A DNA stretch of 64,000 bases, from assembly GCA_052327205.1 (NCBI GenBank), contig CM126203.1:326802001-326866000 (forward strand), written 5' to 3'. The position numbers were made by a program, and so were the translations under genes. The number at the start of each line of letters is the position of its first letter. The stretch's first letter is position 1. Shown here piece by piece: positions 49,939 through 63,540 of this stretch. The notes under the pieces are model-generated. The model was given only the letters and a program-made list of their open reading frames with translations. It was not told the origin of the DNA and made no database searches. This stretch comes from Somniosus microcephalus (lineage: Eukaryota).

Positions 49939-50870
49939 TAATGGCGAGGGGGGCGTTTCGGGAGCACCCGAAGGTGCGAGGTCTCGTATGGAGACTGTGT
50001 CCTCCCGCCCGTCCGGGTACACCACGTAAGCATACTGAGGGTTGGCATGGAGGAGGCTCACCCTCTCGACCAGGGGGTCCGTCTTATGGGACCTCACGTG
50101 CTTCCGCAGTAGGACGGGTCCTGGAGAAGTCAGCCATGTCGGTAACGAGATCCCCGATGTGGACTTCCTGGGGAAGGAGAACATTCTCTCGTGAGGGGTA
50201 GCATTGGTGGCTGAACAGAGCAGTGACTGAATGGAATGGAGCGCCGCAGGGAGGACTTCCTGCCAGCGAGAGGTCGGAAGGCCCTTAGATTTCAAGTTTA
50301 AAAGGACTGCCTTCCAGACCGTCGCATTCTCCCTTTCCACCTGGCCATTCCCCCGGGGGTTGTAGCTGGTGGTCCTGCTTGTAGCGATACCTCTCGAGAG
50401 CAGGTACTGCCGGAGTTCGTCGCTCATAAAGGATGAGCCCGTCGCTATGAATATAGCTAGGGAAACCGAACAAGGCGAAGAGGTCATTCAGACATTTAAT
50501 GACCGTGGTACTGGTCATGTCTGAGCAAGGGATGGCAAACGGGAAACGGGAGTACTCATCAATTATGTTGAGGAAGTACACATTGCGGTCGGAGGAGGGG
50601 AGGGGCCCTTTAAAATCGACGCTCAGCCGTTCAAAGGGGCGCGTGGCTTTGATCAGGCTTGCTCTGTCTGGCCTATAAAAATGCGGTTTGCACTCGGCAC
50701 AGATTTGGCAGTTCCTGGTCATGGTCCTGACCTCCTCGATGGAGTAGGGCAGGTTACGGGATTTGATGAAGTGAAAAAACCTGGTGACCCCCGGGTGGCA
50801 GAGGTCATTGTGGAGGGTCTTCAGTCTATCGACCTGCGCGTTGGCGCATGTACCACGTGATAGGGCATCA
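49939..50870 (-). mobile_element. Gypsy integrase segment in inverted orientation
   Basis: DALSR...LHNDLCHPG...CQICAEC (HHCC motif), PFERLSVDFKGP, IIDEYSRFPFA, IHSD, YNPRGNGQVERENATV, with a frameshift. Confidence 0.88.
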
Positions 50871-51414
50871 AAACTATAATCTCGGAAAGAGAAATTCAAG
50901 GTCTGTGTGATCCAGTGACATTTGCAGGAAGTGCACGCGTGACATCACGCGAGGACAGGATCAGGTTTGCTTGTGATGTTCCAACCAACAAAAGCCAAGC
51001 AACACTTGGTTGGAGTACCAGAATCTGGCTGGAGTCTGAGAAAATGTTCCTACAACACGATTCAGTGCCTTCAGGAGAGGCTGGGAGAACACTGAAAGAG
51101 GAAAATAAACAATTTCCTCTGATCCAACTTGTCTCTCCAGAGCTGGTCAGCTGAAGTGTCAGATTCTGCAGCGAGTTTAGTCACACTTCCACATGCTGCC
51201 TGCGCAATAGTCAGGTGGTGGTGGGCAGGAACTTACCACCACGACATGCAACAACAACTTGCATTTATATAGGACCTTTAACGTAGGAAATCGTCCCAAG
51301 GAGCTTCACAGAGGCATAATCGGGGAAATATTGACAACAAGCCAAAGGAGATATTAGGATGGGTGACAAAACTTAGTCCAACAAAGTAGCTTTAAAGAAT
51401 CATATCCCAGAAAG

Positions 51415-51870
51415 ACAGAATTGCATTTATATAGCGCCTTTTATGACCGCCGGACGTCCCAAAGCACTTTACAGCCAATGAAGTGATTTTGGAGTCTAGT
51501 CACCGTTGCAATGTAGGAAACTTGGCAGCCAATTTGCGCACAGCAAGCTCCCACAAACAGCAATGTGATAATGACCAGATATTCTATTTTTAGTGATGTT
51601 GGTTGAGGGATAAATATTGGCCAGGACACTGGGGATAACTCCCTTGCTCTTCTTCGAAATAGTGGCCATGCGATCTTTTACAACGCTTGAGAGAGCAGAT
51701 GGGACCTCGGTTTAACGTCTCATCCGAAAGACGGCACCTCCGATAGTGCAGCACTCCCTCAGCACTGCACTGAATTGTCAGCCTAGATTTTTGTGCTCAA
51801 GTCTCCGGATTGGGACATGAACCCACAATCTTCTAACACAGATGCTACCAACTGAGCCACTGGCTGATAC
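51415..51870 (-). mobile_element. tRNA-derived SINE, full length
   Basis: Reverse complement of the family seen at 309-770. Confidence 0.85.
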
Positions 51871-52624
51871 TGCACAGGAGGCCATTCGGGCCATCCTGCC
51901 TGTACCGGCTCTTTGAAAGAGCTATCCAAATAATCCTACTCCCCTGTTCTTTCCCCGTGGCCCTGCAAAATTTTCCACTTCAAGTATTTATTAAATTCCC
52001 TTTTGAAAGTTATTATTGAATCTGCTTCCACCAAACTTTCAGGCGTGCATTCAAGATTATAACAACTTGCTGCATAATTTTTTTCCCCTCATATCACCTT
52101 TGGCTCTTTTGCCAATTACCTTAACTCTGTGTCCTCTGGTTACCAACCCTTCTACCACTGGAAACAGTTCTTTCTATTTACTCCATAAAAACCCTTCATG
52201 ATTTTGAACATCTTTATCAAATTTCTCCTTAACCTTGGCTGCTCCAATGAGAATAACCCCAGTTTCTCCAGTCTCTCCACGTAACATGTCTTTCATCCCT
52301 GGTACCATTCTAGTAAATCTCCTCTGCACCCTCTCTAAGACCTTGACATTCTTCCTAAAGTGTAGTGCCCAGAATTGGCCACAATACTCCAGCTGGGGCC
52401 TAACCCCATGTTAGTTGATATTGTTAACTGTCTCTCTCTTCAGGTACTGTTCCCCTTCGCTTCAAATTTGCTGTCATCACCCCTCTCCTCAAAAAACCCA
52501 CCCTTGACCCCTATGTCCTTGCAAACTACTGGCTCCTCTCCAACCTCTCTTTCCTCTCCAAAGTCCTTGAATGTGTTGTCGTCTCCCAAATCTGTGCCCA
52601 TCTTTCCCGCAACTCCATATCTGA

Positions 52625-54110
52625 ATCATAGAAACACAGAAACATAGAAGATAGGAGCAGGAGTAGGCCATTCGGCCCCTCAAGCCTGCTCCACCATTCA
52701 ATGCGATCATGGCTGATCATCCAAGTTCAGTACTCTGTCCCTGCCTTCTCCCCATACCCCTTGATTCCTTTAGCCTTAAGAAATATATCCAACTCTTTCT
52801 TGAATATATTTAATGAATTGGCCTCTACTGCCTTCTGTGGTAGAGAATTCCACAGGTTCACCACTCTCTGGGTGAAGAAATTCCTCCTCATTTCTGTCCT
52901 AAAAGGCTTATCCTTAGACTGTGACCCCTGGTTCTGGATTCCCCGACCATCGAGAACATCCTCCCTGCATCTAGTCTGTCCAGTCCTGCCAGAATTTTAT
53001 AAGTTTCAATGAGATCCCCTCTCATTCTTCTAAACTCCAGCGAGTACAAGCCCAATCGACCCAATCTCTCCTCATGCGTCATTCCTGCCATCCCAGGTAT
53101 CAGCCTGGTGAATCTTCGCTGAACTCCTTCCATGGCAAGAATATCCTTCCTCAGATAAGATGACCAAAACTGCACACAATATTCAAGATGTGGTCTCACC
53201 AAGGCCCTGTACAACTGCAGCAAGACATCCTTGTTCTTGTACTCAAACCCTCTCGCTATGAAGGCCAACATACCATTTGCCTTCTTAACCGCCTGCTGCA
53301 CCTGCATGCTTACCTTCAGCGACTGGTGCACAAGGACACCCAGGTCTCGTTGCACTTCCCCTTCTCCCAATCTATTGCCATTCAGATAATAATCTGCCTT
53401 CCTGTTTTTGACACCAAAGTGGATAACCTCACATTTATCCACATTATATTGCATCTGCCATGCTTCTGCCCAATCACCCAACCTGGCCAAATTTTGTCCG
53501 ATCGCAGCCCTGCCTTCGATCTAGTTCCTTTTCTCTCCAGTTTTGAAGAAGGGTCAAACCCGAAACGTCAACTCAAATTTCTCTCCACGGATGTTGCCTG
53601 ACCTGCTGAGTTTTTCCAGCATTTTCTGTTGTTATTTCGGATTTCCAACATCTGCAGTATTTTGCTATCGTACTGGCCAAATCATCCTGTAGTTTCTCAG
53701 CATCCTCCTCACAGCACACACGTCCACCCAGCTTTGTGTCGTCTGCAAATCTGGAGATATTACATCTAGTTCCCCTGTCTAGATCATTAATATATATTGT
53801 GAATAGCTGGAGTCCAAGGACCGATCCCTGCGGTACCCCACTAGTCACTGCCTGCCACTCGGAAAAAGACCTGTTTATTCCAACTCTTTGCTTTCTATCT
53901 GCCAACCAGTTCTCTATCCAAGTCAATACCTTGCCCCCAATCCCACGTGCCTTAACTTTACATGCTAATCTCTTATGTGGGACCTTATCGAAAGTCTTCT
54001 GAAAGTCCAAATACACCACATCCACTGGTTCTCCCTTATCTATTTTACTAGTTACATCCTCAAAAAATTCCAGTAGATTAGTCAAGCACGATTTACCTTT
54101 TGTAAATCCC
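52625..54110 (-). mobile_element. CR1 3' half
   Basis: ORFs 53573-54115 and 52888-53490, interrupted by the Penelope repeat. Confidence 0.9.
53493..53672 (+). mobile_element. Solo Penelope terminal repeat with hammerhead-like motif, inserted in a CR1
   Basis: Near-copy of 27620-27765. Flanked by the 10-bp direct repeat CTGGCCAAAT (53483-53492 and 53673-53682). Motif at 53539-53573. Confidence 0.8.
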
Positions 54111-54114
54111 TCCA

Positions 54115-55980
54115 ATCAGGGTTCCACCCCAGCCACATTACTTAAACAGCCCTTATCAAAGTCACAAATGACATCCTATGTGACTGTGGTAAACTATCCC
54201 ACTTCATCCTTCTCGACCTGTCTGCAGCCTTTGACACGGTTGACCACACCATCCTCCTCCAACGCCTCTCCTCCGTCGTCTAGCAGGGTGGGAATGCACT
54301 CGTCTGGTTCCATTCTTATGTTTCCAGTTGTAGCCAGAGAATCACCTACAATGACTTCTCTTTCCGCTCCTGCACCGTTACCTCTGGAGACCCCGAGGAT
54401 TTATCCTCGGCCCCCTCCGATTTCTCATCTACATGCCGCCCCTCGGCGACATCATCTGAAAACACAGCGTCAGTTTCCACATGTACACTGACAACACCCA
54501 GCTCTACCTCACCACCACCACTCTTGACCCCTCCACTGTCTCTGATTGCTTGTCCGACATTGAGTACTGGATGAGCAGAAACTTCCGACTACATGTTGGG
54601 CCGTAATTTGCAGCCCCTATGGGTATGTACGCGCCCGTAGGGGCCCCGCAAGTTCCGGGTTTAGGCATGCGCTGCGCATGCGCTAAAACCCGGAACTTGC
54701 GATCTGTCAAGAATTTTCTTGACAGATGATCCGCATCCCCGGGAAAAGGGCATCCGTGGGCGGAGAGTTGGGCTATTTGCCCAACTTCTGCCCAGCGAAT
54801 GCCCGTGAAATTCTTACGTTGGTAAAAGGCCTGCTTTCACCAGCTAAGAGTTTTAAAAAACAGAAAAATAAAATGTTATCAATAATTTATACATCTAAAA
54901 ACTTGTTAACTAAAGTAAGTTTATTTTTGGGCCCGTTAAAACATGTAAATATATTTTCAAAAAAATTAAATTTTTGTTTAATATTTAATTAAAAGCAAAT
55001 TTTAATTCATTTTAAATGTGATCTTTTTTATTTATTTGATGTGTAGATGTATTTTTTGGGGGTATTCCCAATCGTGCTCATGGGGTTTCTGTACATACGG
55101 AATCCCGATAAGCATGAATGGGGATTCCTTCCTGTCATTCGTTCGGCTCGCCCAAGTGATCTCGGTTGCTGGCGAACCGCCTGCGCCCCTGGGATACGTG
55201 GGCCTCTGCCCGCGGGTAACCAGAGAGCCCCAGGACCGTGAGTCTCCGTGGATCCCGAGGCCCCCAGGTACGCGGGCATTTTATTTGCGGATCGGAGGCA
55301 TTTCCCCGCGGGAAGCCTCTGACCACAAATTCAGGGCTAGAACCAAGACCACCTACTTTCACCTCCGTAACATCGCCTGACTCCACAACTCATCTGTTGC
55401 TGAAATCCTCATCCATACCTTTGTTACCTCTATACTTGACTATTCCAATGCACTCCTGGCCGGCCATCTGTAAACTTGAGCTCATCCAAAACTATCCTAA
55501 CTTGCACCAAGCCCTGTTCACCTGTCACCCCTGTGCTCGCTGACCTACACTGGGCTCCGCTCCAGCAATGCCTCGATTTTAAAATTCTCACCCTTGATTT
55601 CAAATCCCTCCATGGCCTCGCCCCTCCTTATCTCTGTAACCTCCTCCAGCCCTACAACCCTCCGAGATATCTGTGCTCCTCCAATTCTGGCCTCTTGCAC
55701 AGCCCTGATTTTAAATCTCTCCACCATTGGCTGCCGTTCCTTCAGCTGCCTGGGCCTTGAGTTCAGTAACTCCTTCCCAAAATCTCTCCGCCTCTCTACC
55801 TCTCTCTCCTCCCTCTCCTCCTTTAAGATGCTCCTTTAAACCTACCTCTTTGACCAGGCTTTTGGTCATATGTCCTAATTTCTCCTTATGTGGCTCGGTG
55901 TCAAATTTTGTTTCATAATACTTCTGTGAAGCGCCTTGGGACGTTTTACTATGTTAAAGGTGCTATATAAATGCAAGCTG
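54115..55980 (+). mobile_element. L2 LINE 3' part, interrupted by a MITE
   Basis: CTTCTCGACCTGTCTGCAGCCTTTGACACGGTTGACCAC ([13 protein letters not shown]) and an L2 tail GCTATATAAATGCAAG. Confidence 0.85.
54598..55337. mobile_element. MITE with AT-rich core inserted in an L2
   Basis: Starts GGGCCGTAATTTG and ends CAAATTCAGGGC. Shares the GATCTGTCAAGA...TCTTGACAGAT inverted motif with 40233-40993. Confidence 0.65.
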
Positions 55981-55984
55981 TTAT

Positions 55985-58965
55985 ATAGATTTAGCATACT
56001 TCCTTGCTTTTGTACTATATGCCTCCATTTATAAAGCCATGGATCCTGTATGAGATTTTAACAGCCTTCTCAACTTGCCCTGCCACCTTCAAAGACTTGT
56101 ATCTGTATACCCCCAGGTCTCTCTGTTCGTGCACCCTCCTTAAAATTACACCATTTAATTTATATTGCCTCGCCTCATTCTTGTACTAAAATGAATCGCT
56201 TCACACTTCTCTGCATTAAATTTCATCTACCATGGGTCTGCCCATTTCGCCAGTCTGTCGATGTCCTCCTGAAGTCTGTTACTATCCTCCTCATTGTTTA
56301 CTACATTTAAGAGTTTCATATCATCTTCAAACTTTGAAATTATGCCCTGAATACCCAAGAACAGATCATCAATATATATCAAAACAAGAAATGGTCCCAG
56401 CACCAACCCCTGGGGGACACCACTGCACACTTCCCTCCAGTCTGAAAAACAACCGTTCACCACTACTCTCGGCTTTCTGTCCCTTAGCCAATTTCATATC
56501 CATGCAGCAACTTTTCCTTTAATCCCATGGGCTTCAATTTTGTTAACAAGTTTATTTTATGGTACAATAGGCAAAATAAGGCAGATGCTGGAAATCTGTT
56601 ATGTGGTCATTTACCAAACGCCTTTTGACAGTCCATATACATGATATCAACCGCACTACCCTCATCAAACCTCTCCATTACTTCATCCAAGAACTCAATC
56701 GAGCTAATCAAACCCCATTAGCCTTTAACAAATTCATGCTGACTTTCATTTATTAACCTGTATTTTTCCATGTGCCAATTAATTTTGTCCCAGATTAATG
56801 TCGCCCCACCACCGACGTTAGGCTGACTGGCCTGTAGCTGCTGGATTTATTCCTCTCCAATGTTCCCACAAAGCTGGAGGTCCCGCGCAGGCCGCTCACC
56901 AGCTTCTACGGGGAAGAAACCGCACATGCGCGAAAATTTGAATGATCGCGCACCGTTAAAGGAACCGCGCACTAAAAAAAACTATTAGAGGAAACATTGT
57001 CCCTCTCCCCTTTTTTAAAAAAAAAACAGGGGTGCAACATTTGCAATCCTCCAGTCCTCCGGCACCACTCCCATACCAAAGGAGGAATGGAAGATTGTGG
57101 CTAGAGCCTCCACAAGATCATCTCCATTTTGGTCCCTAATCGGCCACACCTTGATGACCCTTTTACTATTTATGTGTTTATAAAAGACTTTTGGGTTTCA
57201 TTTTATGTTGCCCGCTAATCTATATTCATATACATCTCTTTGCCCCTCTTAACTACTTTTTCAGTTCTCCCCTGTACTTTCTGTATTCAGCTTGATTCTC
57301 TACTGAATTATGAACCCGACATTTATCATAAGCCTCCTTTTTCTGTTTCATTTTAATCTCTTCATCTTTAGTTATCCAGGGAGCTCTAGCTTTGGATGCC
57401 CTTCCTTTCCCCCTTGTGAGAATGTGTCTCGTCTGTATCCAAACTATCTGCTCTTTGAAGGCCTCCCATTGCTCATTTACTGTTTTACCTGCCAATCTTT
57501 GATTCCAATCCACCTGGGCCAGATCCCTTTTCAACTCACTGAAATTAGCCCTCCTCCAGTTGAGTATTTTCACATTTGTTTTTTTTCTTGTCCTTTTCCA
57601 TAACTACTCTAAACCTAATGATATTGTGATCACTGTTTCGCAAATGCTCTGCCACTGCAACATGCTCCACTCCATTCCCTTTCTACTGTTATACTTTCCC
57701 AGTCTATATTAGGATAACTGAAGTCCCCCATTATCACTAGTCTGAAGTTTTTGCATCTTTCTGCAATTTGCTCCTCTGTCTCCTTCCCACTATTTGGTGG
57801 CCTATAGTAGACACACAGCAGCATAATAGCTCCTCTATAGTTCCTTAATTCTAATCAAATATATTCAGTCTTTGAACCCTCAAGTGCAACATCCCTTTCT
57901 AGTGCTGTAACAGTATCTTTAATCGATACTGCCACCCCCTCCTTTTTGTCCTTCCCTATCTTTCCTGAATACATTGTAGCCAGGAATATTAAGTGCCCAT
58001 TCTTCCCCTTGATTGAGGCAGGTCTCAGTTATTGCCACTACATCATAATTCCATGTGGCTACTTGTGCCTGCAACGCATCAATTTTATTTACCACACTGC
58101 ATTTGCGCACATGCACTCACAACCCATCTTAGTCTGCCTCGCATTTCCGCCCGTCTGAAACCTCCTATTTCTGAATTATTCTTTATTCTAACGCTGTTTG
58201 TCTCTCCCAGTCCTGTGTGCACAATGTATCTCCTCTCGAATGCTTCATCCTGGTGCCCATCCTCCTGTCAAATTAGTCTGAATGCTCCGTCACAGCACTA
58301 GTTAACTTCCCAGCGAGGACGCTGGTCCCAGCCCTGTTGTGGTGCAACCTGCCCATCTTGTACAGGTCCCTCCTGCACCATTTCTCCAGCCACACATTAA
58401 CCTGCCTTCTCCTATACTCACTCGCATGTGGCACTGGGAGTAATCAGCGATTACAGTACTACCTTTGAGGTCTTGCTCTTTAACTTCCTCCCTAGCTCCT
58501 GAAATGCTGTCTTTAGGACCCTTTTCCTACCTATGTCATTCCAACATGGACCACGACTTCTGGCTGTTCCCCTACCCCCTACAAAATGTTTGCAATCGAT
58601 CAGTTACGTATGTAGATGTGGTCTAGACTGCACTCCACCGAGGTGTTGTTACGCTCACTGAAAACCAGTTAGAGAGTGCCACACTCCCGGAGGATTCCTG
58701 TACTGCCTGGCTCTCCCTACCCTGCCTGACGGCCACCCACTCCTGAACTCTCATAGCTTTGGGGTGACCACCTCCTGGAACGTGTGCTCCAAGAAATTCT
58801 CAGCCTCCCGTATGGCCTGCAGTGACTCCAGCCGCTCAAGTTCAGAAACCCTGAGTGACTGAAGGCACTTCCTGCACACATGGTTATCCAGAACACATGA
58901 AGCGTCCTGGAGTTCCCACATGGCACAGGAATTACAGGCAACGGGTTTCAGGTGTCCCGTCATTT
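55985..58965 (-). mobile_element. Long degenerate CR1 including the ORF1 N-terminal Cys motif
   Basis: CNSCAMWE...HVCRKCLQ near 58900, endonuclease VAITETCL and YYRPPNS, RT GVPQGLVLGP. Confidence 0.8.
56858..56999. mobile_element. Short hAT-type MITE
   Basis: TIRs CAATGTTCCC / GGAAACATTG, 8-bp TSD TTCCTCTC / TCCCTCTC (one mismatch). Confidence 0.75.
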
Positions 58966-60019
58966 TGCTTAATAGTCTATCTACTTACATTACAATATAT
59001 ATGTATCTATTATTATATATATCTGTTATATATAGTTTAGTATCCCCTTACTCCTATTTATTATTTATGTAGACCAGATTTTTATTAAATGCATTTGGAT
59101 CCCTTTAATATTGGTATCCTCTACATAGCTAATTTTAATTTTATCCCCTTAGATCTAATTAGTTACACATTTACTTATTTACTGCTGCCCCTTGGTTTAA
59201 ATTGCTTTGCACCACTTCCCCCCCCCCTGCACTGAATTCCCACTCTCACCAAATTCCAGTCATCACTCTGGTTAGCAAGCTACTCCGTTGAGCGGATTCA
59301 CCCAACTCTCACCAAGGTCTGTGCTTAAAGCTCTCTTTATGGAAGATCTTAAAAAGAGAGAGAGGTGGAGAGATTTAGGGAGAAAATTCTAGAGCTTAAA
59401 GCCTAGACAGCTGACAGCACGGCCGCCAATGGTGGGGCAAAGCGGGTGAGGGATGCACAAATGGCCAGAGTTGGAAGAATACAATAAGCAATACTTGGGG
59501 TTCTTTGCCTTACTGAATCAATTGCACAAAATAGTAAAAACAAACGTCTAACACAAAAAAAGGCTCCAATGCCTACATAACAATTAGCATGAATCTAACA
59601 AAAGTATTAATGCACACATATATTACAAAAATATACCATGTAATAATTTAAATTGGCAACAGATGTATGGAAAAGTAATACCTTAATTCATTAGATTTGC
59701 ATATCCAATCAAATGACCAGGATCAAAATAGTGGTTATTTGATTGGATAATTTGACTCTAAAAGGGATGTTCTTCCTAAAGTGCCCTGAAACACATCTTA
59801 TAAAGTTACACACAATGTTTGTCCCCACAACCAAATAGGCGAGAATTCTGGAGAGTGCCACATATTCAAAATAAAAGTAAACCGGTACACTACCTGTCAA
59901 CACATAAAGCCTGCAGCCTGGTGATGCGATGAGTTAAACAACACATGTAATCTGAGTGAATGTAGCTGAGAAACATCAAGAACTACATTTGGTATTTTTT
60001 TCTTTTTGTTCGGAGACTG

Positions 60020-60210
60020 TAGCTACTGTTCCGGTTAGTGCCTCCTCGCAGAGCTGCAGGTCTCGGCTCCCGGGCCCTCGGTCTCGGTCTCTGCTCCAAA
60101 CACAAACCTCCGCCTCCGACAATTGTTACAGTTGGATCGCACTGCGCTTGCGCCCCTCTCCCACAATAGCAACAAACCACTCAGAGCGGTGGCCGACCGT
60201 CTACAGCCCC
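60020..60210 (-). promoter_or_regulatory. Probable C18orf54 promoter / non-coding first exon region
   Basis: Locally GC/CpG-rich, apparently non-repeat patch upstream of the first coding exon, with an NRF1-like TGCGCTTGCGC near 60143. No transcript evidence. Confidence 0.4.
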
Positions 60211-60287
60211 ACTGGTATCACCCTCTGAGTGGCTTCAGTTTACATTAGCACTGGTGTTACCCTCTCAGTGGTTTTAGTTTACATTAG
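60210..60287 (+). repeat. 39-bp imperfect tandem duplication
   Basis: CACTGGTATCACCCTCTGAGTGGCTTCAGTTTACATTAG and CACTGGTGTTACCCTCTCAGTGGTTTTAGTTTACATTAG. Confidence 0.85.
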
Positions 60288-60529
60288 TTTTGTAATGTTT
60301 CTGAATTGTTTTGTAACTTTTGGCACCATGGGACAGGATTGTAAGTCTTTTTAAAGGTGAGGAATTTTTGATTTTAAGAGTTAAATGAATCAAAATTGGG
60401 CACCCAGTGTGACAGAACCTGCAGTTTAATATTCTACTAGCTGGACCACATATTTGAATATCTATTAGTGATATCCAATATTTGATTTAAAAAGTGGGAA
60501 AAGTAAGTGGAGTATAATTAATATGTGTC

Positions 60530-61335
60530 AGCCATGGCTCAGTTGGTAGCACCCTCGCCTCAGAGTCAGAAGGTTATGGGTTCAAGTCCCACTCCAGAGA
60601 TTTGAACACAAAAATCTAGGCTGACACTTAGATACATAGATACATAGAAGATAGGAGCAGGAGTAGGCCATTCGGCCCCTCGAACCTGTTCCGCCATTTA
60701 ATGAGATCATGGCTGATCATCTAAATTCAGTACCCTGTCCCTACTTTCTCCCCATATCCGTTGATCCCTTTAGCCTTAAGAAATATATCTAACTCCTTGA
60801 ATATATTTAATGAATTGGCCTCAACTGTCTTCTGTAGTAGAGAATTCCACAGGTTCACCACTCTCTGGGTGAAGAAATTCCTCCTCATCTCAGTCCTAAA
60901 TGGCTTACCCCTTATCCTTAGACTGTGACCCCTGATTCTGGACTCCCCCGCCATTGGGAACATCCTTCCTGCAATAGACACTCCAGTGCAGTGTTGAGGG
61001 AGTGCTGCACTGTCGGAGGTGTCATCTTTCGGATGAGGCATTAAACCGAGGCCCTGTCTGCTCTCTCAGGTGGACGTAAAAGATCCCATGGCACTATTTC
61101 GAAGAAGAGCAGGGGAGTTATCCCTGGTGTTCTAGCCAATCAACATTATTTAAAAAACAGATTATCTGGTCATTATCACATTGCTGTTTGTGGGAGCTTG
61201 CTGTGTGCAAATTGGATGCCGCATTTCCTACATTACAACAGTGACTATATTTCAAAAAGTACTTCATTGGCTGTAAAGTTCTTTGGGATGTCCGGTGGTT
61301 GTGAATGGTGCTATATAAATGCAAGTCTTTCTTTA
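60530..61335 (+). mobile_element. tRNA-derived SINE interrupted by a CR1 3' end (about 60629-60976)
   Basis: Head TGGCTCAGTTGGTAG...GGTTCAAGTCC; the insert is flanked by the direct repeat GACACT. Confidence 0.85.
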
Positions 61336-63169
61336 ATGTCTACTGTCATTTTTTCATATCCTGTTTTTTGCTTCACGTCTACAGCAGTTTTGCCTTTCTT
61401 ATTTAAACTTTTTAACTATATCCTTTTGCCAGGAAACTCAAAATGTTTAGATAGTTATCTATTTGTCACACTGGATACTAGATCTCAGCCAAATGGCCAT
61501 GTCAAACAAAGGTTGAGCTTTAAAGGGACTTGGCTCTGGACCCATAACTGACTTCACCAGCCCACATAGCTCAACTCATCCTCGTTTTTATCCTTATCCT
61601 TCAGAACAAACTTGTTCTTCATACAAAGTTTTTCAATAAAGCCATTTTAGTATAAAAACCATTTGCAACTTTATCTGTAATGTTATTACTCAGAGGGACA
61701 TAAGGAACTGGCTAACAGTGTATGTTCAGGCCTTTCTAAAAGAATTGCGGTGATTCCGTTCACAGATCTGTCAGCCTTCGGCATCATTACCCCTCTGAAA
61801 TTGACCTTAACTTCAGGATTTAGCGCATCCTAAATTTGATTTGATAGAGGGGTTCAAAATCGTTTGGGGTCTAGGTAGAGTAGATAAAGAGAAATTGTTC
61901 CCATTGGCGGAAGGGTCGAGAACCAGAGGACACAGATTTGAGGTGATTGGCAGAAGAACCAAAGGCGACATGAGGAACAACAGTTAGGATCTGGAATGTG
62001 CTGCCTGAAAGGGTGGTGGAGGCAGATTCAATCATGGCTTTCAAAAGGAAATTGGATAAGCAACTGAAGGAAAAAAAATGCAGGGCTACAGGGAAAGGGT
62101 GGGGGAGTGGGACTAGCTGAAGTGCTCTTCTAGAGAGCCGGCACGGGCTCGACGGACCGAATGGCCGCCTCCTGTGCTGTAACCATTTTATGATTCTATG
62201 CACAGATAAACGGGGAAATCCTGAAGTTACAGTCGGTCATTCACTGCTCTGCCACAGGCTGCGCTGCGAAACTCCCTATAGCTGGCAATCAGTGAAATCA
62301 GTTGAACTGACAAAAACTTAAGCTTTTCCCAATCTAATTATGCTGTTAAACACCCCATTAAAAGTTAAGCCTTGTTGGAATATGTGTAACTGGGATTTTA
62401 ATGATGTATTGACTGTTGAACAACCATTCTTGCTCTGAAAAACAAATTATATATTTGTGGAATGTCAAATTTCTCCATTATGATAGAAAATGACGATTTT
62501 TAAAATAATAAAAAAATATTTTTTTAAGTTTGTTGATGATATTTAAGTTTCTACCTTAACCCCATTTCTATGTCCCAATCTTTATTTCGCTCTCTAAAAA
62601 TTTTTAAAAGTGTATTGACTCAGTGCTTTTTATTTCCTGGTTTGCTGACTGAGAATTCTTCAATTTGATTGTCTGCTAAGACAGCTTGATGACATCACTG
62701 CTGCATCGCGGTGGGGATACCCTGTTGACAGCACTGCAATCAATTTAACGTCGAGAAACCTAACGTTTTTGCCACAGATATCCATTCCTCTGACTCTGAC
62801 TGCTTGTGCAACCCCCCTCCCCACCACCCTTTGCATCACCATTGGTTGTTGTGTCTTAGGCTGTCTAGGCCCTTTGCTCTGAAATTCACTCCCTAAACCC
62901 ATCTGCATTCCACTTACCTTTCCTCCTTTGAGATACTCCTTAAAATCCACCTCTTTGGACAAGCTTTTGGTCACCCCTCCTTCTTTGACTTGATGTCCAT
63001 TTTTTCATTATGCCTCTGTGAAGCTCCTTGTGATATTTTTCTATGCTATATAAATGCAAATTGATGTTGTTTTCTGTTTCATAAATAAAACCCAATCCTA
63101 ATTTTTTTTAACCTTAGGGATGAAAAACAGTATTTTTAGAATGCAACGTATGAATTCCAATGTATTAAA

Positions 63170-63540
63170 ACATAGAAACATAGATGATAGGAGCAGGAGT
63201 AGGCCATTCGGCCCCTTGAGACTGTTCTGCCATTTAATGAGATCATGGCTGATCATCCAAATTCAGTACCCTGTCCCTGCTTTCTCCCCATATCCCTTGA
63301 TCGCTTTAGCCTTAAGAAATATATCTAACTCCTTCTTGAATATATTTAATGAATTGGCCTCTACTGCCTTCTGTGGCAGAGAATTCCACAGGTTCACCAC
63401 TCTCTGGGTGAAGAAATTCCTCCTCATTTCTGTCCTAAATGGCCTACCCCTTATCTTTAGACTGTGACCCCTGGTTCTGGACTCCCCGAACATCGGGAAC
63501 ATCCTTCCTGCATCTAGTCTGTCTAGTCCTGTTAGAGTTT
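63170..63540 (-). mobile_element. CR1 3' end
   Basis: RTRGHSLKIRGRPFRTEMRRNFFTQRVV followed by the tail. Confidence 0.9.

Noticed and set aside
59682-59893. Possible 5' UTR exon or small hydrophobic ORF on the minus strand
   Set aside because: AG and GT sites are plausible, but there is no recognisable homology or other support.
60530-60600. tRNA-like sequences here and at SINE heads near 309, 45870 and 51860
   Set aside because: They are SINE heads continuing into SINE bodies, and no complete cloverleaf was seen.
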